Source of the DNA: Candidatus Omnitrophota bacterium
Lineage (GTDB): Bacteria > Omnitrophota > Gorgyraeia > Gygaellales > Profunditerraquicolaceae
DNA: 64,000 nt
Direction of reading: 5' to 3'
NCBI GenBank assembly: GCA_026416665.1
Contig: JAOAET010000014.1
Location: forward strand, 557-64,556
The position numbers and the translations under genes are program-made. The first letter of the stretch is position 1. The number at the start of each line of letters is the position of its first letter. Below the pieces are notes generated by a model. That model had not been told where the DNA came from. It saw nothing but the letters and a program-made list of their open reading frames with translations, and did no database searches. Positions 36,456-46,723 of this stretch are shown in pieces.

Positions 36456-38564
36456 CTATGATTTCTTAGGTTGATTTATCTTAAGCAAATCCTCTATAGC
36501 AGAAATAACTTCCTCGGGAGTAATTGAATGCATACATACACACTTCTTACATTTTGACCGGTAACAAGGAGCACAGGCAATCTTTTTGTTTAGAATAATA
36601 CAGTCTTTTACTGATGGCATATGGCGTAATGGATCAGTTGGACCGAATAACGCTATTATAGGCACACCTACACTAACCGCCACATGTAACGGAGCAGAAT
36701 CCCCGCTAATGTAAACACTACACCTTTTAATAAGACAGGCAAGCTGATTTATAGAGAATTTTCCGCACGCATCGATTATTTTGGCGCTACTTGTAATCTT
36801 AAGTAACTGTTGAACCCGTTTCTTATCTGTATCTGAGCCTGTGACCACAACACGAATATCTCGTTGGGCTAATTCCCGACATAGACGTGCAAGATGTGAT
36901 AAAGGCCATAGTTTTGTCTGCCAACGCTTACTTGCTCCAATGTTGATTCCCACTAATTTCTGTGACCCCAACCACTGCTGATTCAAGAAATTATCTACAT
37001 ACTGTTGATCCTCCTTTTGCGGAAAAAGCTCAAGTGAAAGAGTATCGGACTTAACCCCCAGCTGCTCTAAGAGACGAAATTGATGCTGGACAGGATTACA
37101 AGGATCTTTTTTATCCTTTATTCGGTGATTTAAAAGAAAAGAAAATTTTTTATTGTCATAACCGTATCGTTCAAATGCGCCAGATAACCAAGCAAGTAGA
37201 TGACTTCTACGATTATTTTGAAGGTCAATAACGATATCAAATCCTTTTGCACGTAATTTGTTTGCCAGTCTTAAAAATCCAAATAGACCTTTGTCTCTCC
37301 CTTTAAAGTCACATACAAATAACTCATCAATATGTGGATTACGCGCAAGGATTTCCTGGTAATCTGCGGATACCAAGACACTAATCTTGGCTGGTGGTTT
37401 AAATCTCTGACGGACAGCACGTATAGCCGCAGTAGCAAGAATTATATCACCCAAAGAACTCATCTTGATTATCAATACCTGTGGAGAAGACAATACTTCG
37501 TGGTATACTGCGACAGTCTTATCTACCATACTCTCCAGACTGTATCGTTCTTTTACCTTCCTGTAGGCATTGACTGCAATTTTCTTAGCAAGGGCTTTAT
37601 CCTCCATTAACCGCTTTAAAGCTTCACACATACTGGCTATGTCTTTGGCAGGTACAAGTAACCCTGTTTTGCCATCCTCAATAATGTCTACTACACCTCC
37701 TACCCTAGTTGCTACTACCGGCACACCACTTGCCTGTGCCTCGATAATTACTCGTCCAAATGCCTCTTGAGTTATAGTAGCCATTACCAAAACATCTAAC
37801 TGAGAAAGCACTGCAGGAATATCTTTCTGGTTACCTAAAAACTCTGTAATTCTTTCAAGACCAAGTCTCTTTACTAAAGTGCGTAAATACTGTTTATAAG
37901 CATCGTAAGAACCTGCTGTATCACCAACAATCCAAATCTTAATATTTTGATTATAGATATAAAGTTGAGCCATTGCCCTAAGAAAATATTCATGCCCCTT
38001 GATAGGACTAAGACGCCCAATAATACCTACATCAAAGATATTATCTAGTTTCTGTTCAGGCTCAGTAAAGCAAAATCGTTCTAAATCCACACTGCGAGGA
38101 ATAAGTCTGATCCGTTCATAGGGGACACTGAAATCTTCTATCATATGTTTAGCAATAACATTTGAGATAACAATAACTCTTTTACCCCAGCCCATTACTG
38201 AACTGAAAGGATGTTTACTATAATAACCGTGGCAGGTGGTAACAAATGGCCTTCTTGTCTTACGACAGGCAAAATACGCGCTCCAGGCAGGCGCTCGTGA
38301 ACGGGCATGCACAATATCTATTTTCTCTTTCTCTATAATTTCACAGAGTGGCTTTATCATCTGTAGTATACACCAAGGAGATTTTCTATGTACAGGTAGC
38401 TGATAATGAACTGCTCCTGATAACTCTAGTTCAGAAACTAATAACCCGCCGTTTGAAACAACTACTACTTTGTGACCACGTTTAACTAATTGTCGGGATA
38501 AATCTATTGTCCCCCGTTCTACTCCACCAATATTTAATTCTGGCACTACCTGTAAGATATTCAT
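36456..38564 (-). CDS. bifunctional GT4 (N-terminal) – GT9 heptosyltransferase-like (C-terminal) fusion, 702 aa
   Basis: N-terminal GGVERGTIDLSRQL...EAFGRVIIEAQASGVPVVATRVGG. C-terminal VLIIKMSSLGDIILATAAIRAV...ISGDSAPLHVAVSVGVPIIALFGPTDP. Confidence 0.7.
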   Translation of the reverse strand: MNILQVVPELNIGGVERGTIDLSRQLVKRGHKVVVVSNGGLLVSELELSGAVHYQLPVHRKSPWCILQMIKPLCEIIEKEKIDIVHARSRAPAWSAYFACRKTRRPFVTTCHGYYSKHPFSSVMGWGKRVIVISNVIAKHMIEDFSVPYERIRLIPRSVDLERFCFTEPEQKLDNIFDVGIIGRLSPIKGHEYFLRAMAQLYIYNQNIKIWIVGDTAGSYDAYKQYLRTLVKRLGLERITEFLGNQKDIPAVLSQLDVLVMATITQEAFGRVIIEAQASGVPVVATRVGGVVDIIEDGKTGLLVPAKDIASMCEALKRLMEDKALAKKIAVNAYRKVKERYSLESMVDKTVAVYHEVLSSPQVLIIKMSSLGDIILATAAIRAVRQRFKPPAKISVLVSADYQEILARNPHIDELFVCDFKGRDKGLFGFLRLANKLRAKGFDIVIDLQNNRRSHLLAWLSGAFERYGYDNKKFSFLLNHRIKDKKDPCNPVQHQFRLLEQLGVKSDTLSLELFPQKEDQQYVDNFLNQQWLGSQKLVGINIGASKRWQTKLWPLSHLARLCRELAQRDIRVVVTGSDTDKKRVQQLLKITSSAKIIDACGKFSINQLACLIKRCSVYISGDSAPLHVAVSVGVPIIALFGPTDPLRHMPSVKDCIILNKKIACAPCYRSKCKKCVCMHSITPEEVISAIEDLLKINQPKKS

Positions 38565-38573
38565 AACTGAAAC

Positions 38574-40529
38574 CTACTTAAGTAATTTTTTTAGTGCTAA
38601 AATAATGGTACTGTTGTCGTCTAATCTTTTAGGCTCTTTTTTATCTTGAATAACTTCTTCAATAACTTGTTTACACTCTTCTAATAAACCGAGTCTCAAA
38701 TATCCTTCTTTGGCCAAGGTATCTAAAAATCTCCGGTGTCTTCCTCTAATGGCTCTATTATCAAGTACCACTACTTTCTTTCCGCTTGTACATGCCTCTG
38801 AGACCATTGAGATACTTTCTGCAGTAACTACTACGACGTTACTTAAAGCAAGTATGCCTCCTACAGTAAACGGATAATTCTTCTTACTTGCGATAACCAC
38901 AAACAAAGCACGTTTGTAAGATTGCAGATGTTCTTCAATTACTTCTTCTACATCTTGAGAAGTCCTACGAGAAGTGGTGGCCATAATCCCAAAATTGTGT
39001 TTATCCGCTACTTCTTTAAGAGAATTTATCAAAAGAAGTGCTTCCTTTACGCCAAAATTATATTTCTTGCTCTTACCACCTAGTAATAAACCAATAAAAC
39101 CTGAAAAGCAAAAGCTTTCTTCTCCAAGAAAATTCCGTAGCCTATGAGCTTGTTCGGACAAATAATCTTCATCTATTAAATTAAGCGCTCCTTTGGTTAT
39201 TACCACATTTTTTCTTTTAGGGGGACGATCATGTTGAGGCATAACAACTAAATTAAATCGTCTAAAGGAAAGGAAAGATGGACGCATTGCTACCACAGAG
39301 AATGCCTGGTTTTCCCTGCTTAGAAGGTAATTCACTATGGCAACTGCTGAACCGCAGGAAACAATAATATCTGGCTTTATTTTTAAAAGTCTATCTCTAC
39401 TGTCAGCAAGCAGAAACTTACGCATGCATAAAAGACATCCTTGGCAGATATATTTACCACTCAAAATTCCTGATAAACTTAACAATCGAGCTCTATATCC
39501 TTTGTGGAAAACTACTTCTTCCACAACTTCTGATACCTTATACCCTTGCTCTCTTAAAACTGAAGTTATAAGCTTTGCTAAACTTTGGGCTTGCCGAAGA
39601 TGACCTACTTTACCATCAGAAAGAACAAGTATTGTCTTGTCCTTTGAATACTTCCACACTTTATAGGTCCACAGATATTCATAAGGATACTTTCTGATTT
39701 GTTCTTCAAAAATATTTACTAGCTTCTCCAATGTATTCTGAATATCTTGCTCGATATTTGAGGTAGCTTTTATTTCAATGGGTTCTAAGGCAATAAATTT
39801 TACATAAGGCCCTTTTAATCTAACCGGCATAACTGGCACCAGCATACAACCAAGTTCTAAGGCAAGGCGAACAGCACCTGTAGCCATAGAAGCGCTTTTA
39901 CCAAAAAAAGAAACAAGCCTTCCTTTCTTTCCACCTTGATCAATGGTCATTACCACGGCTTCATTTTTCTTTAATACCCGTATGATATCCCGTATCTGAC
40001 CACGCTTGATAACAGGTCTTATTGCGGCTTTTTTACGATAGGTATCTAAAAGTCTATTGACACAAGGTAATTTTTGCTGGCGAACAAACATATGTAAAGG
40101 AATTCCCAGAAAAGACGCAACGATATTTGCTAATTCCCAACTGCCTGCATGCACTGCTACAAAAATAACTCCTTTTTTCTTACTAAATGCCTGTTGTACA
40201 TATTCTTGCCCTTCGGTTTTCACATATTTACTAAAATAACTTTGATTAAACCGAGGGATAAGAAATATCTCAATAATATTCTGTCCGAAGGCTTGAAAGA
40301 ACTTTCTGGTAGTCTTACGTAATTGCACAACGTCCATAGTATTACAAAAGGCTGTGCGAATATTTGCGTAAGCAATTAAGCGGTGTTTTAAATCTACCAG
40401 ATAAAACAAATCTCCCAATCGTCTTCCTAACCAATAACAAAGTTCTGTTGGTAACAAACAAAAAAGAGGCGCCGATATTTTACAGATTATATAAAGAAAG
40501 AAGTCGATTAAATAATTTCTGCTTTCCAT
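38574..40529 (-). CDS. LpxL/HtrB-family lipid A acyltransferase fused to ELM1-like (PF06258-type) domain
   Basis: N-terminal half is LpxL-like (membrane anchor, HAGSWELANI). C-terminal half starts ILVLSDGKVGHLRQAQSLAKLI, typical of the bacterial ELM1 family. Confidence 0.55.
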   Translation of the reverse strand: MESRNYLIDFFLYIICKISAPLFCLLPTELCYWLGRRLGDLFYLVDLKHRLIAYANIRTAFCNTMDVVQLRKTTRKFFQAFGQNIIEIFLIPRFNQSYFSKYVKTEGQEYVQQAFSKKKGVIFVAVHAGSWELANIVASFLGIPLHMFVRQQKLPCVNRLLDTYRKKAAIRPVIKRGQIRDIIRVLKKNEAVVMTIDQGGKKGRLVSFFGKSASMATGAVRLALELGCMLVPVMPVRLKGPYVKFIALEPIEIKATSNIEQDIQNTLEKLVNIFEEQIRKYPYEYLWTYKVWKYSKDKTILVLSDGKVGHLRQAQSLAKLITSVLREQGYKVSEVVEEVVFHKGYRARLLSLSGILSGKYICQGCLLCMRKFLLADSRDRLLKIKPDIIVSCGSAVAIVNYLLSRENQAFSVVAMRPSFLSFRRFNLVVMPQHDRPPKRKNVVITKGALNLIDEDYLSEQAHRLRNFLGEESFCFSGFIGLLLGGKSKKYNFGVKEALLLINSLKEVADKHNFGIMATTSRRTSQDVEEVIEEHLQSYKRALFVVIASKKNYPFTVGGILALSNVVVVTAESISMVSEACTSGKKVVVLDNRAIRGRHRRFLDTLAKEGYLRLGLLEECKQVIEEVIQDKKEPKRLDDNSTIILALKKLLK

Positions 40530-41562
40530 CTTTTAATTCCAAAGTTATAGCTAAAAAGAAAATATTCATCCCGTATTGAGAAACAACCTCAATTGGCAGA
40601 CGAACCACATCTTTCTGCGTAGTAACAAGTAAAATTTCTTTTTTATTGCCTATTTCTTCATACATCTTCTCAATATCCTGTTTGCAATAAGGGTAATGAT
40701 CTTCAAACTCAAACCAACCTACAATAGAAACACCACAGGAAAAAAGACTACGTTTAAAAGAATAAGGATTCCCTATTCCACAAAAAGCAATCACTTGTCT
40801 ATCCCTTAAATAATCTAATGCGATTTGTTCTTTGGGTTTACCGACACAATACCAAGCAACTGGCTTGTGTTCTGCTTCAATAATTAACGCCTGAGGTGCA
40901 AGTTGTCTCAACTGAGAAACCAATACATTATCTTTAAAAGATAAAGATTGATCAGTAAGGATAAATACGTCAACCTTTTTTAAAGTAGAGATTGGTTGAC
41001 GTAAAATCCCTCTGGGTAGAAGCCGCCTATTACCAAAAGGATTACTTGCATCTAAACAGACTATTTCTAAGTCCTTATAGAGCGCCCACTGTTGAAAACC
41101 ATCATCTAAAATAAGCGTATCAAGCTTATACTTTTCAAGTGCCAACTTTACTGCACGGATTCGATTACTATCTACAATTACGGGGATGTTTTTCCCTAAA
41201 TTATCCGTTAACATAGCTGGTTCATCCCCTAAAAGTAGATATTTTGAATCATAATTTCTATTGACTTTTCTTGGCTTACGAAAACCGCGTGATATAATGC
41301 CTACTTTTTTGCCCTCTGCTGTTAAAAAATGAGCTATTTCCTGTACGAGTGTAGTTTTTCCGGTGCCACCTAAAGTGATATTCCCTATGCTAATAATTAC
41401 GCAATTAAACTTTTTACGTCTAATTAAGTTTAAATTACGTATTAGCCACACTATTACTCCATAAAGTAACGAGAGGATAAATAAACAACCCTTAATTATC
41501 TTGGATACTACTGAGTTTTCTTTATCCAGGGCACAATGATACAGATATTGTTTAATCCTCAT
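40480..41562 (-). CDS. lpxK: tetraacyldisaccharide 4'-kinase
   Basis: ISIGNITLGGTGKTTLVQEIAHFL P-loop in LpxK context; 360 aa. Confidence 0.8.
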   Translation of the reverse strand: MRIKQYLYHCALDKENSVVSKIIKGCLFILSLLYGVIVWLIRNLNLIRRKKFNCVIISIGNITLGGTGKTTLVQEIAHFLTAEGKKVGIISRGFRKPRKVNRNYDSKYLLLGDEPAMLTDNLGKNIPVIVDSNRIRAVKLALEKYKLDTLILDDGFQQWALYKDLEIVCLDASNPFGNRRLLPRGILRQPISTLKKVDVFILTDQSLSFKDNVLVSQLRQLAPQALIIEAEHKPVAWYCVGKPKEQIALDYLRDRQVIAFCGIGNPYSFKRSLFSCGVSIVGWFEFEDHYPYCKQDIEKMYEEIGNKKEILLVTTQKDVVRLPIEVVSQYGMNIFFLAITLELKDGKQKLFNRLLSLYNL

Positions 41563-41650
41563 AGATATCCCTTAGTTTATTGACTAGTTAGGTAACTATT
41601 ATACAATGTAACTAACTCAGGACAAAATAGTTTTGTTTATAAATAAAATA

Positions 41651-44278
41651 CTAAGCTAATTCAATACGGATAGTGTTTTGGGTTTTATTAAGTAATTCGG
41701 TAGGAATCAAACAATCGTGTCTAAAGGAAGATAAGTCTATGCGGTTACAAGTAACTTTTTTTAATGCTAGACACTGGTTGATCCGAGAGTTTTTCTTTTT
41801 AAATAAATAGATAATTCTTAGTGGATAAGCACCTATTTTTAATTCAACCACAATAGACTTTTTAACGAATTGACCACTAACCAACTTTGGTCCAACAAAA
41901 AGTCTGCCAAAAGAAAACTTTACTCCCAGCACTTCTTCAAGTAAGGTGTAAATATACCAACTGGCTGAACCAGTAAGAAAAAGATATTTTCCTCTACCCT
42001 GGCTATCAAAATATTCTGGTAAGCAAGGACCAATTGCAGCGTATTGACTAGTAGCCATTCTGTAAAGGGAATTAAAAACAGTCCACCCTTCTGTTACGAA
42101 ACCTCTTCTATAAAGGGCATTTGCAAACATCACATTCATGTGGCTGAAGAAAGCCCCGTTTTCCTTATCGCCATACACAAAACCAAATGCCCTTCCTAAA
42201 TCCATATATAAAGGACCAACATAGGTATTCAACCGGAATCCGCCTAACTGCTGGTCATAAAGATATTTGTTAATATTCTGCCAAATCTTTCTTATTTGAT
42301 TTGTTTGAGCAATTCCACTCATAATGGGAAAGACTTGTGAAGCAAGCATAAGACGCATACCATATTTATTTCTTCCCTCGAAACGTTTTCCTTTGTTATC
42401 ATAGTAACCATTAAAAACCCCTTCAGGTAACCATTGATGTTTTTGTATCCAGCTTACCATATGGTTATACTTATCTCTTAAATCCTCAATAAGATTATCA
42501 ATTGGAACTTTAATTTTTTCTCCAGATAAATTTCTAATTAGCGAAAAATACTTATCAAGTACTTGTTGCTTATTATAATAATTATCATAATCAATAGGTT
42601 TACCCGAGACTCTGTCCAGTAAAATTTTTAATTCTTTGGCTAACTCTACCGTCTTAGTTTTTGTTCTCAAAGCAGAAAGGAGTTCACAAAGCCCTTTTAA
42701 GTTATGTGCATACATACAGCTAAAGGCAACACTTTCACCTTTTTTAGCTGCCATATCTAAACCATCATTCCAATCGGCATTTTCCAATCGAATAATATTA
42801 TGTTTCCCAACATTAAAAAACTGAACAAGCTGTTGGACCAACAGATGCTCTAAAATTGTGCCAAAATAAATTTTCCCTTTAATTGTTCTTTGCAAAAAAT
42901 CCTGCTGGCTAAAATCTGTATCTATCTGTTGTGCCCTGCTTAGCTGGTGGTCACGAAAATAAGTGGTTTTGAAAAGTAAAAAATCAACATCACCTGTCCG
43001 GTCAATATAAAGACGAGTAGTAAGATATGGCCATATACCGTGATCCATCCATACACGATTAATCCGGTTACGGTCAGCAATAAATCCACCATCGGATGTG
43101 ATTATAGTAGCATTTGACCCATCCAAACGCACACCACGAAAACTCTTGGTAATAATTTCCTTTGCTTTATCAGGCTCTGTTAATAAAAGTGTAAGGGCAT
43201 CCTGCCATAAATCCCGCCAGCCACGACCACCTTTTCCATAATCAAAGTGTGGTAAAAATGAACAACCAAATAATCGTCTTAGCGTTGGCTGAAGACAAAC
43301 CCACGTTAACCAACCATTAAAATTCTTATCGCCAAAATTAAAACGTATTGAGGAGTAATACCCTTGCCAGAATGAGCGCGTTTTATTGAATCTGTCTTGT
43401 ACTTTGCCTGGTGTGTTTAAAAGCCTAAACCTCTTTTCTATAGTTTCCATACTGTCCTCAATTCCCATTAAAAGAACATATTCTGTTGAGAACTTAGGCC
43501 TAATCTCTATCTTTGGAAATCTTAATGCTGCGCATACCTCTTTGCCTTGAAAACTTGCTTGTATTCTAGTTACTGGTGTAATATCTCTGTAAATTGCCTC
43601 TGGTTGCTCAATATTACCGCTACCATAAAAATAGTCTAATGTAGGGAACTGTCCTAATGGTGGCCGTTTTATTCCTTGATAACCTAATACATAGTAACAA
43701 ACAAAATTTTCTTTATGACCCCGTTCGTCGAAAACCATTGTCGGTTTTAAGATAATACCATACTTTTTTAGAATTATTCTATTAAGCAGAGAACTTACAT
43801 GCCGATGATCCCGAATGTTTTTCTCAGAACGGCCAAATAAAGGAATAAAAGAAGTAGCAAAAATCTCTTTTTTTCTATTGCTTATATTCTTTATACGAAT
43901 ACGCATAACTTCGGCAGGGATATCAAAAGGAACAAAATTAAGGATCTCAATTTCTAAGCCAGCAATTCTTTTTTTTAGTCGCTGAAAGAATAAGCCTGCT
44001 TCTAGGATGTCGTTTTTATTTGGGCTAGATAAACGAAATACTTTACTATTACAATGAAGAAAGAACTCTCTACGAGATAAAAGATTACTTCGCAAGTCCT
44101 CAATACTTGTAGGAAGGGTTAAGAAATGGTCATTATCCCTTTTAATATCGCCTGCCAAAGAAGGACTGATAGCAGATAAAAGTTTTCCCTGAGCATCAGT
44201 TAAAGGCAAATAAAGATTATACTGATGAGGATTTTTTATTTTAAAGGTGCCGTACTGATCAATAAAACGATATATCAC
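41651..44278 (-). CDS. large (875 aa) glycoside hydrolase/phosphorylase-like protein (alpha/alpha-toroid, GH94/GH65-like?)
   Basis: ENADWNDGLD motif and overall size. Family assignment uncertain. Confidence 0.35.
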   Translation of the reverse strand: MIYRFIDQYGTFKIKNPHQYNLYLPLTDAQGKLLSAISPSLAGDIKRDNDHFLTLPTSIEDLRSNLLSRREFFLHCNSKVFRLSSPNKNDILEAGLFFQRLKKRIAGLEIEILNFVPFDIPAEVMRIRIKNISNRKKEIFATSFIPLFGRSEKNIRDHRHVSSLLNRIILKKYGIILKPTMVFDERGHKENFVCYYVLGYQGIKRPPLGQFPTLDYFYGSGNIEQPEAIYRDITPVTRIQASFQGKEVCAALRFPKIEIRPKFSTEYVLLMGIEDSMETIEKRFRLLNTPGKVQDRFNKTRSFWQGYYSSIRFNFGDKNFNGWLTWVCLQPTLRRLFGCSFLPHFDYGKGGRGWRDLWQDALTLLLTEPDKAKEIITKSFRGVRLDGSNATIITSDGGFIADRNRINRVWMDHGIWPYLTTRLYIDRTGDVDFLLFKTTYFRDHQLSRAQQIDTDFSQQDFLQRTIKGKIYFGTILEHLLVQQLVQFFNVGKHNIIRLENADWNDGLDMAAKKGESVAFSCMYAHNLKGLCELLSALRTKTKTVELAKELKILLDRVSGKPIDYDNYYNKQQVLDKYFSLIRNLSGEKIKVPIDNLIEDLRDKYNHMVSWIQKHQWLPEGVFNGYYDNKGKRFEGRNKYGMRLMLASQVFPIMSGIAQTNQIRKIWQNINKYLYDQQLGGFRLNTYVGPLYMDLGRAFGFVYGDKENGAFFSHMNVMFANALYRRGFVTEGWTVFNSLYRMATSQYAAIGPCLPEYFDSQGRGKYLFLTGSASWYIYTLLEEVLGVKFSFGRLFVGPKLVSGQFVKKSIVVELKIGAYPLRIIYLFKKKNSRINQCLALKKVTCNRIDLSSFRHDCLIPTELLNKTQNTIRIELA

Positions 44279-44304
44279 TGCTTAAACCTCTGATTAAGAC
44301 CAAT

Positions 44305-44337
44305 AACCCCGCCTCAGCAATAAGAAGAGACGGGGTT
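44305..44337 (-). terminator. candidate stem-loop terminator downstream of the 44365..45063 gene
   Basis: AACCCCG...CGGGGTT 7-bp GC-rich inverted repeat with inner CUC/GAG pairs. Weak U-tract. Confidence 0.3.
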
Positions 44338-44364
44338 ACTTGTTTCTCACTATTACATAGTAAG

Positions 44365-45063
44365 CTACTTCTTTGTTTTTAATTTCTCTATAAGATTAAC
44401 AAGAAACTCTCTAGCCTGCTCCTGACAACCAAACCCAAAGGCAATTGCAAACGCAAGCCCTAGAGAACCCAAAACAATACCTACCACTAACTCAATAATT
44501 CTAGGAGCAATTCCTAATTGCTCAAGGGCAATCATTACTGTGAAAACAACTATGCATACCTCTACAATCTTTGCCAACAATTTTGCTTCATTTATTCCTG
44601 CGTTGGTGGCAGCAGTCTGAACAATGTTACGTAAAAGCGTTGCTATAAACATCCCGAAAATGAGAATAAACACCGCTGCTATAATATTAGGTATGTAGAG
44701 AATAACTCGGCTAAGCAAATCTGCAGCTACCGTTAACCCCACTGCATTTATTGCTACTACAATAGTCACCAACAATGTCAGCCAATAAAATACAATTCCC
44801 ATTAGCTCCGAGAAAGTATATGGAATACCACCTTTAGCTAGAACATCGTCTAAATCAATACGTTCGGAAAGTTCATCTACTTTGCAGGTTTTAAGTAATT
44901 TTGTTACTAAACTTTTAATTACTTTAGCAATTATCCAACCAACCAGAAGAATTATAATAGCCCAGAGAATCAAAATAAAAAATTGCCCAATCTGAAGGGC
45001 CAATGTCTTTGCAGGCTCTACCACACTTAGCTGAAAATTTGTTCCTAATTCTCCCATTGCCAC
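44365..45063 (-). CDS. multi-pass membrane protein (MscS-like TM-helix repeat?)
   Basis: 232 aa, about five hydrophobic helices with repeated I/L/V-rich segments. Confidence 0.35.
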   Translation of the reverse strand: MAMGELGTNFQLSVVEPAKTLALQIGQFFILILWAIIILLVGWIIAKVIKSLVTKLLKTCKVDELSERIDLDDVLAKGGIPYTFSELMGIVFYWLTLLVTIVVAINAVGLTVAADLLSRVILYIPNIIAAVFILIFGMFIATLLRNIVQTAATNAGINEAKLLAKIVEVCIVVFTVMIALEQLGIAPRIIELVVGIVLGSLGLAFAIAFGFGCQEQAREFLVNLIEKLKTKK

Positions 45064-45167
45064 CTCCTTTTTATTTTTTTTAATTTAACACAAGAGAAAT
45101 ATCCTGTCAAGCAACTCAGAACTGTTAATCATAACGGCATAAATATAGTTACGGCTTGCCCTAAATT

Positions 45168-46376
45168 CTAGTATGTGAAAAACTGTGAATCCGAGGCTCT
45201 GCCTGAAGCGGTGGTAGATATCCCTAATAAGAATGCCGGATACAAAGTCCATTCTCCAAAACGTGTATTTACCCTATCTATTGCAGCAAGTAGACGGCGT
45301 TGTCTCTGGTCTACCGGAAGTAATGGCTCAACTGTTTCCGGCAGAAACCCTTTAGCTACTATTCCCAAAGCACGAATACACAGTGGTCTCGGTGAAAGCA
45401 TTTGATAAATATAGCGAGCACGCTGGTAAAGAACAGCTGTATCATTGGTGGGAACATGAAAGTTTTTTTGTCGTAGGATATCTTCTTCGTAATTACTTAA
45501 CCATAAACAGCAGGTAGAACTTTCTAATTTGTGCTGGCGCATACGATGTCCTACCATCTCACTTAATAATAGTAACCACTGAAAAACGTGGGTATTACTG
45601 CGTAAGGGATTTTCTAGGGTATAAGAGTGCCCTATGGATTTAGGAGGTTTGTCTGGTGCATCCCAGTAATCAACTTCTTCCTCATCTATCCCCTGGCTAA
45701 TCTGCCACAACCAAATACCAATCTTACCAAAGTGCTGAATCAGAAATTCTAAACCTACCTGTGCAAGGTCTGCACCGGTAGTAATAGAAAGTAAATTTAA
45801 CCTCTTTGTTAACTTTGGCCCTATCCCTGGTATCCTATCCACAGGTAAATTATGAATAAAATCTTCTAGCTCCTGATGACTTACACATAACAGGCCATCT
45901 GGTTTAGAAAGTTTTGCCGCTATTTTTGCAAAAATTTTGCCTGGTGCAATACCAATAGAAGCACATAAAGAGAATTTTTCTCTTATCTGTCTCTTTATTT
46001 GCTTTGCTAACAGGACTGCCTCATCCAACTTAAGAAAACTCACATCTAGATAGAATTCATCAATAGAGGCCTGTTGTATCTTTTTAGAGAAATTCTTTAG
46101 TAGGTCAAAAATCTGTTCAGAACATAATAGGTACTTCGCAGAATCTGCCGAAACAAACTCTGCCTCAGGACAAAGCCGAAACGCCTGTTGGGTTGGCATA
46201 CCCGAACATACTCCGTATGCCTTTGCTTCATAGGAACAACTAGCTACTACTGTTCGGTACTTATTACCACGCGAACCAACAATAAGAGGTTTCCCTTTCA
46301 AAAACGGATAAGCTGCCTGCTCTATAGAAGCAAAAAAGGCATCCATATCAATATGCAGGATAATCCGTTGACTCAT
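45168..46376 (-). CDS. dinB: Y-family DNA polymerase IV
   Basis: ILHIDMDAFFASIEQ and SIDEFYLDVS catalytic motifs. Confidence 0.85.
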   Translation of the reverse strand: MSQRIILHIDMDAFFASIEQAAYPFLKGKPLIVGSRGNKYRTVVASCSYEAKAYGVCSGMPTQQAFRLCPEAEFVSADSAKYLLCSEQIFDLLKNFSKKIQQASIDEFYLDVSFLKLDEAVLLAKQIKRQIREKFSLCASIGIAPGKIFAKIAAKLSKPDGLLCVSHQELEDFIHNLPVDRIPGIGPKLTKRLNLLSITTGADLAQVGLEFLIQHFGKIGIWLWQISQGIDEEEVDYWDAPDKPPKSIGHSYTLENPLRSNTHVFQWLLLLSEMVGHRMRQHKLESSTCCLWLSNYEEDILRQKNFHVPTNDTAVLYQRARYIYQMLSPRPLCIRALGIVAKGFLPETVEPLLPVDQRQRRLLAAIDRVNTRFGEWTLYPAFLLGISTTASGRASDSQFFTY

Positions 46377-46435
46377 AGGGAAAAATAGTAAAATTGCTTT
46401 TTAATTATTTACTGTAGGGTTTTAATAAAAATACG

Positions 46436-46723
46436 CTATGGGCTGTTTAATATCTTAACATACCAACGTTGGTCCATTGTGTCCCAGAGAAGACAAAAGA
46501 ATTCTCCTGCGCAAGAGACATTAAAATAAAATAGTTCTCTTAAACCTTGGCGTTTCTTCCAACTGTAATAAATACGATCTATTTTCATACGTTTTTGCTG
46601 TAGAGAAAACGCAAGTGGCACAATCTTACCATAACTAAATTTTATTAATACTTCAATCGGTTCTCCTTTATATAGCTTATTGCTGGGTAAAACCCTATCC
46701 CAACGTGCTTGATAGTTAAACAT
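46436..46723 (-). CDS. hypothetical small protein encoded between lexA and dinB
   Basis: 95 aa, no recognisable motif. Start overlaps the lexA stop, so it is likely co-transcribed with the SOS operon. Confidence 0.4.
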   Translation of the reverse strand: MFNYQARWDRVLPSNKLYKGEPIEVLIKFSYGKIVPLAFSLQQKRMKIDRIYYSWKKRQGLRELFYFNVSCAGEFFCLLWDTMDQRWYVKILNSP

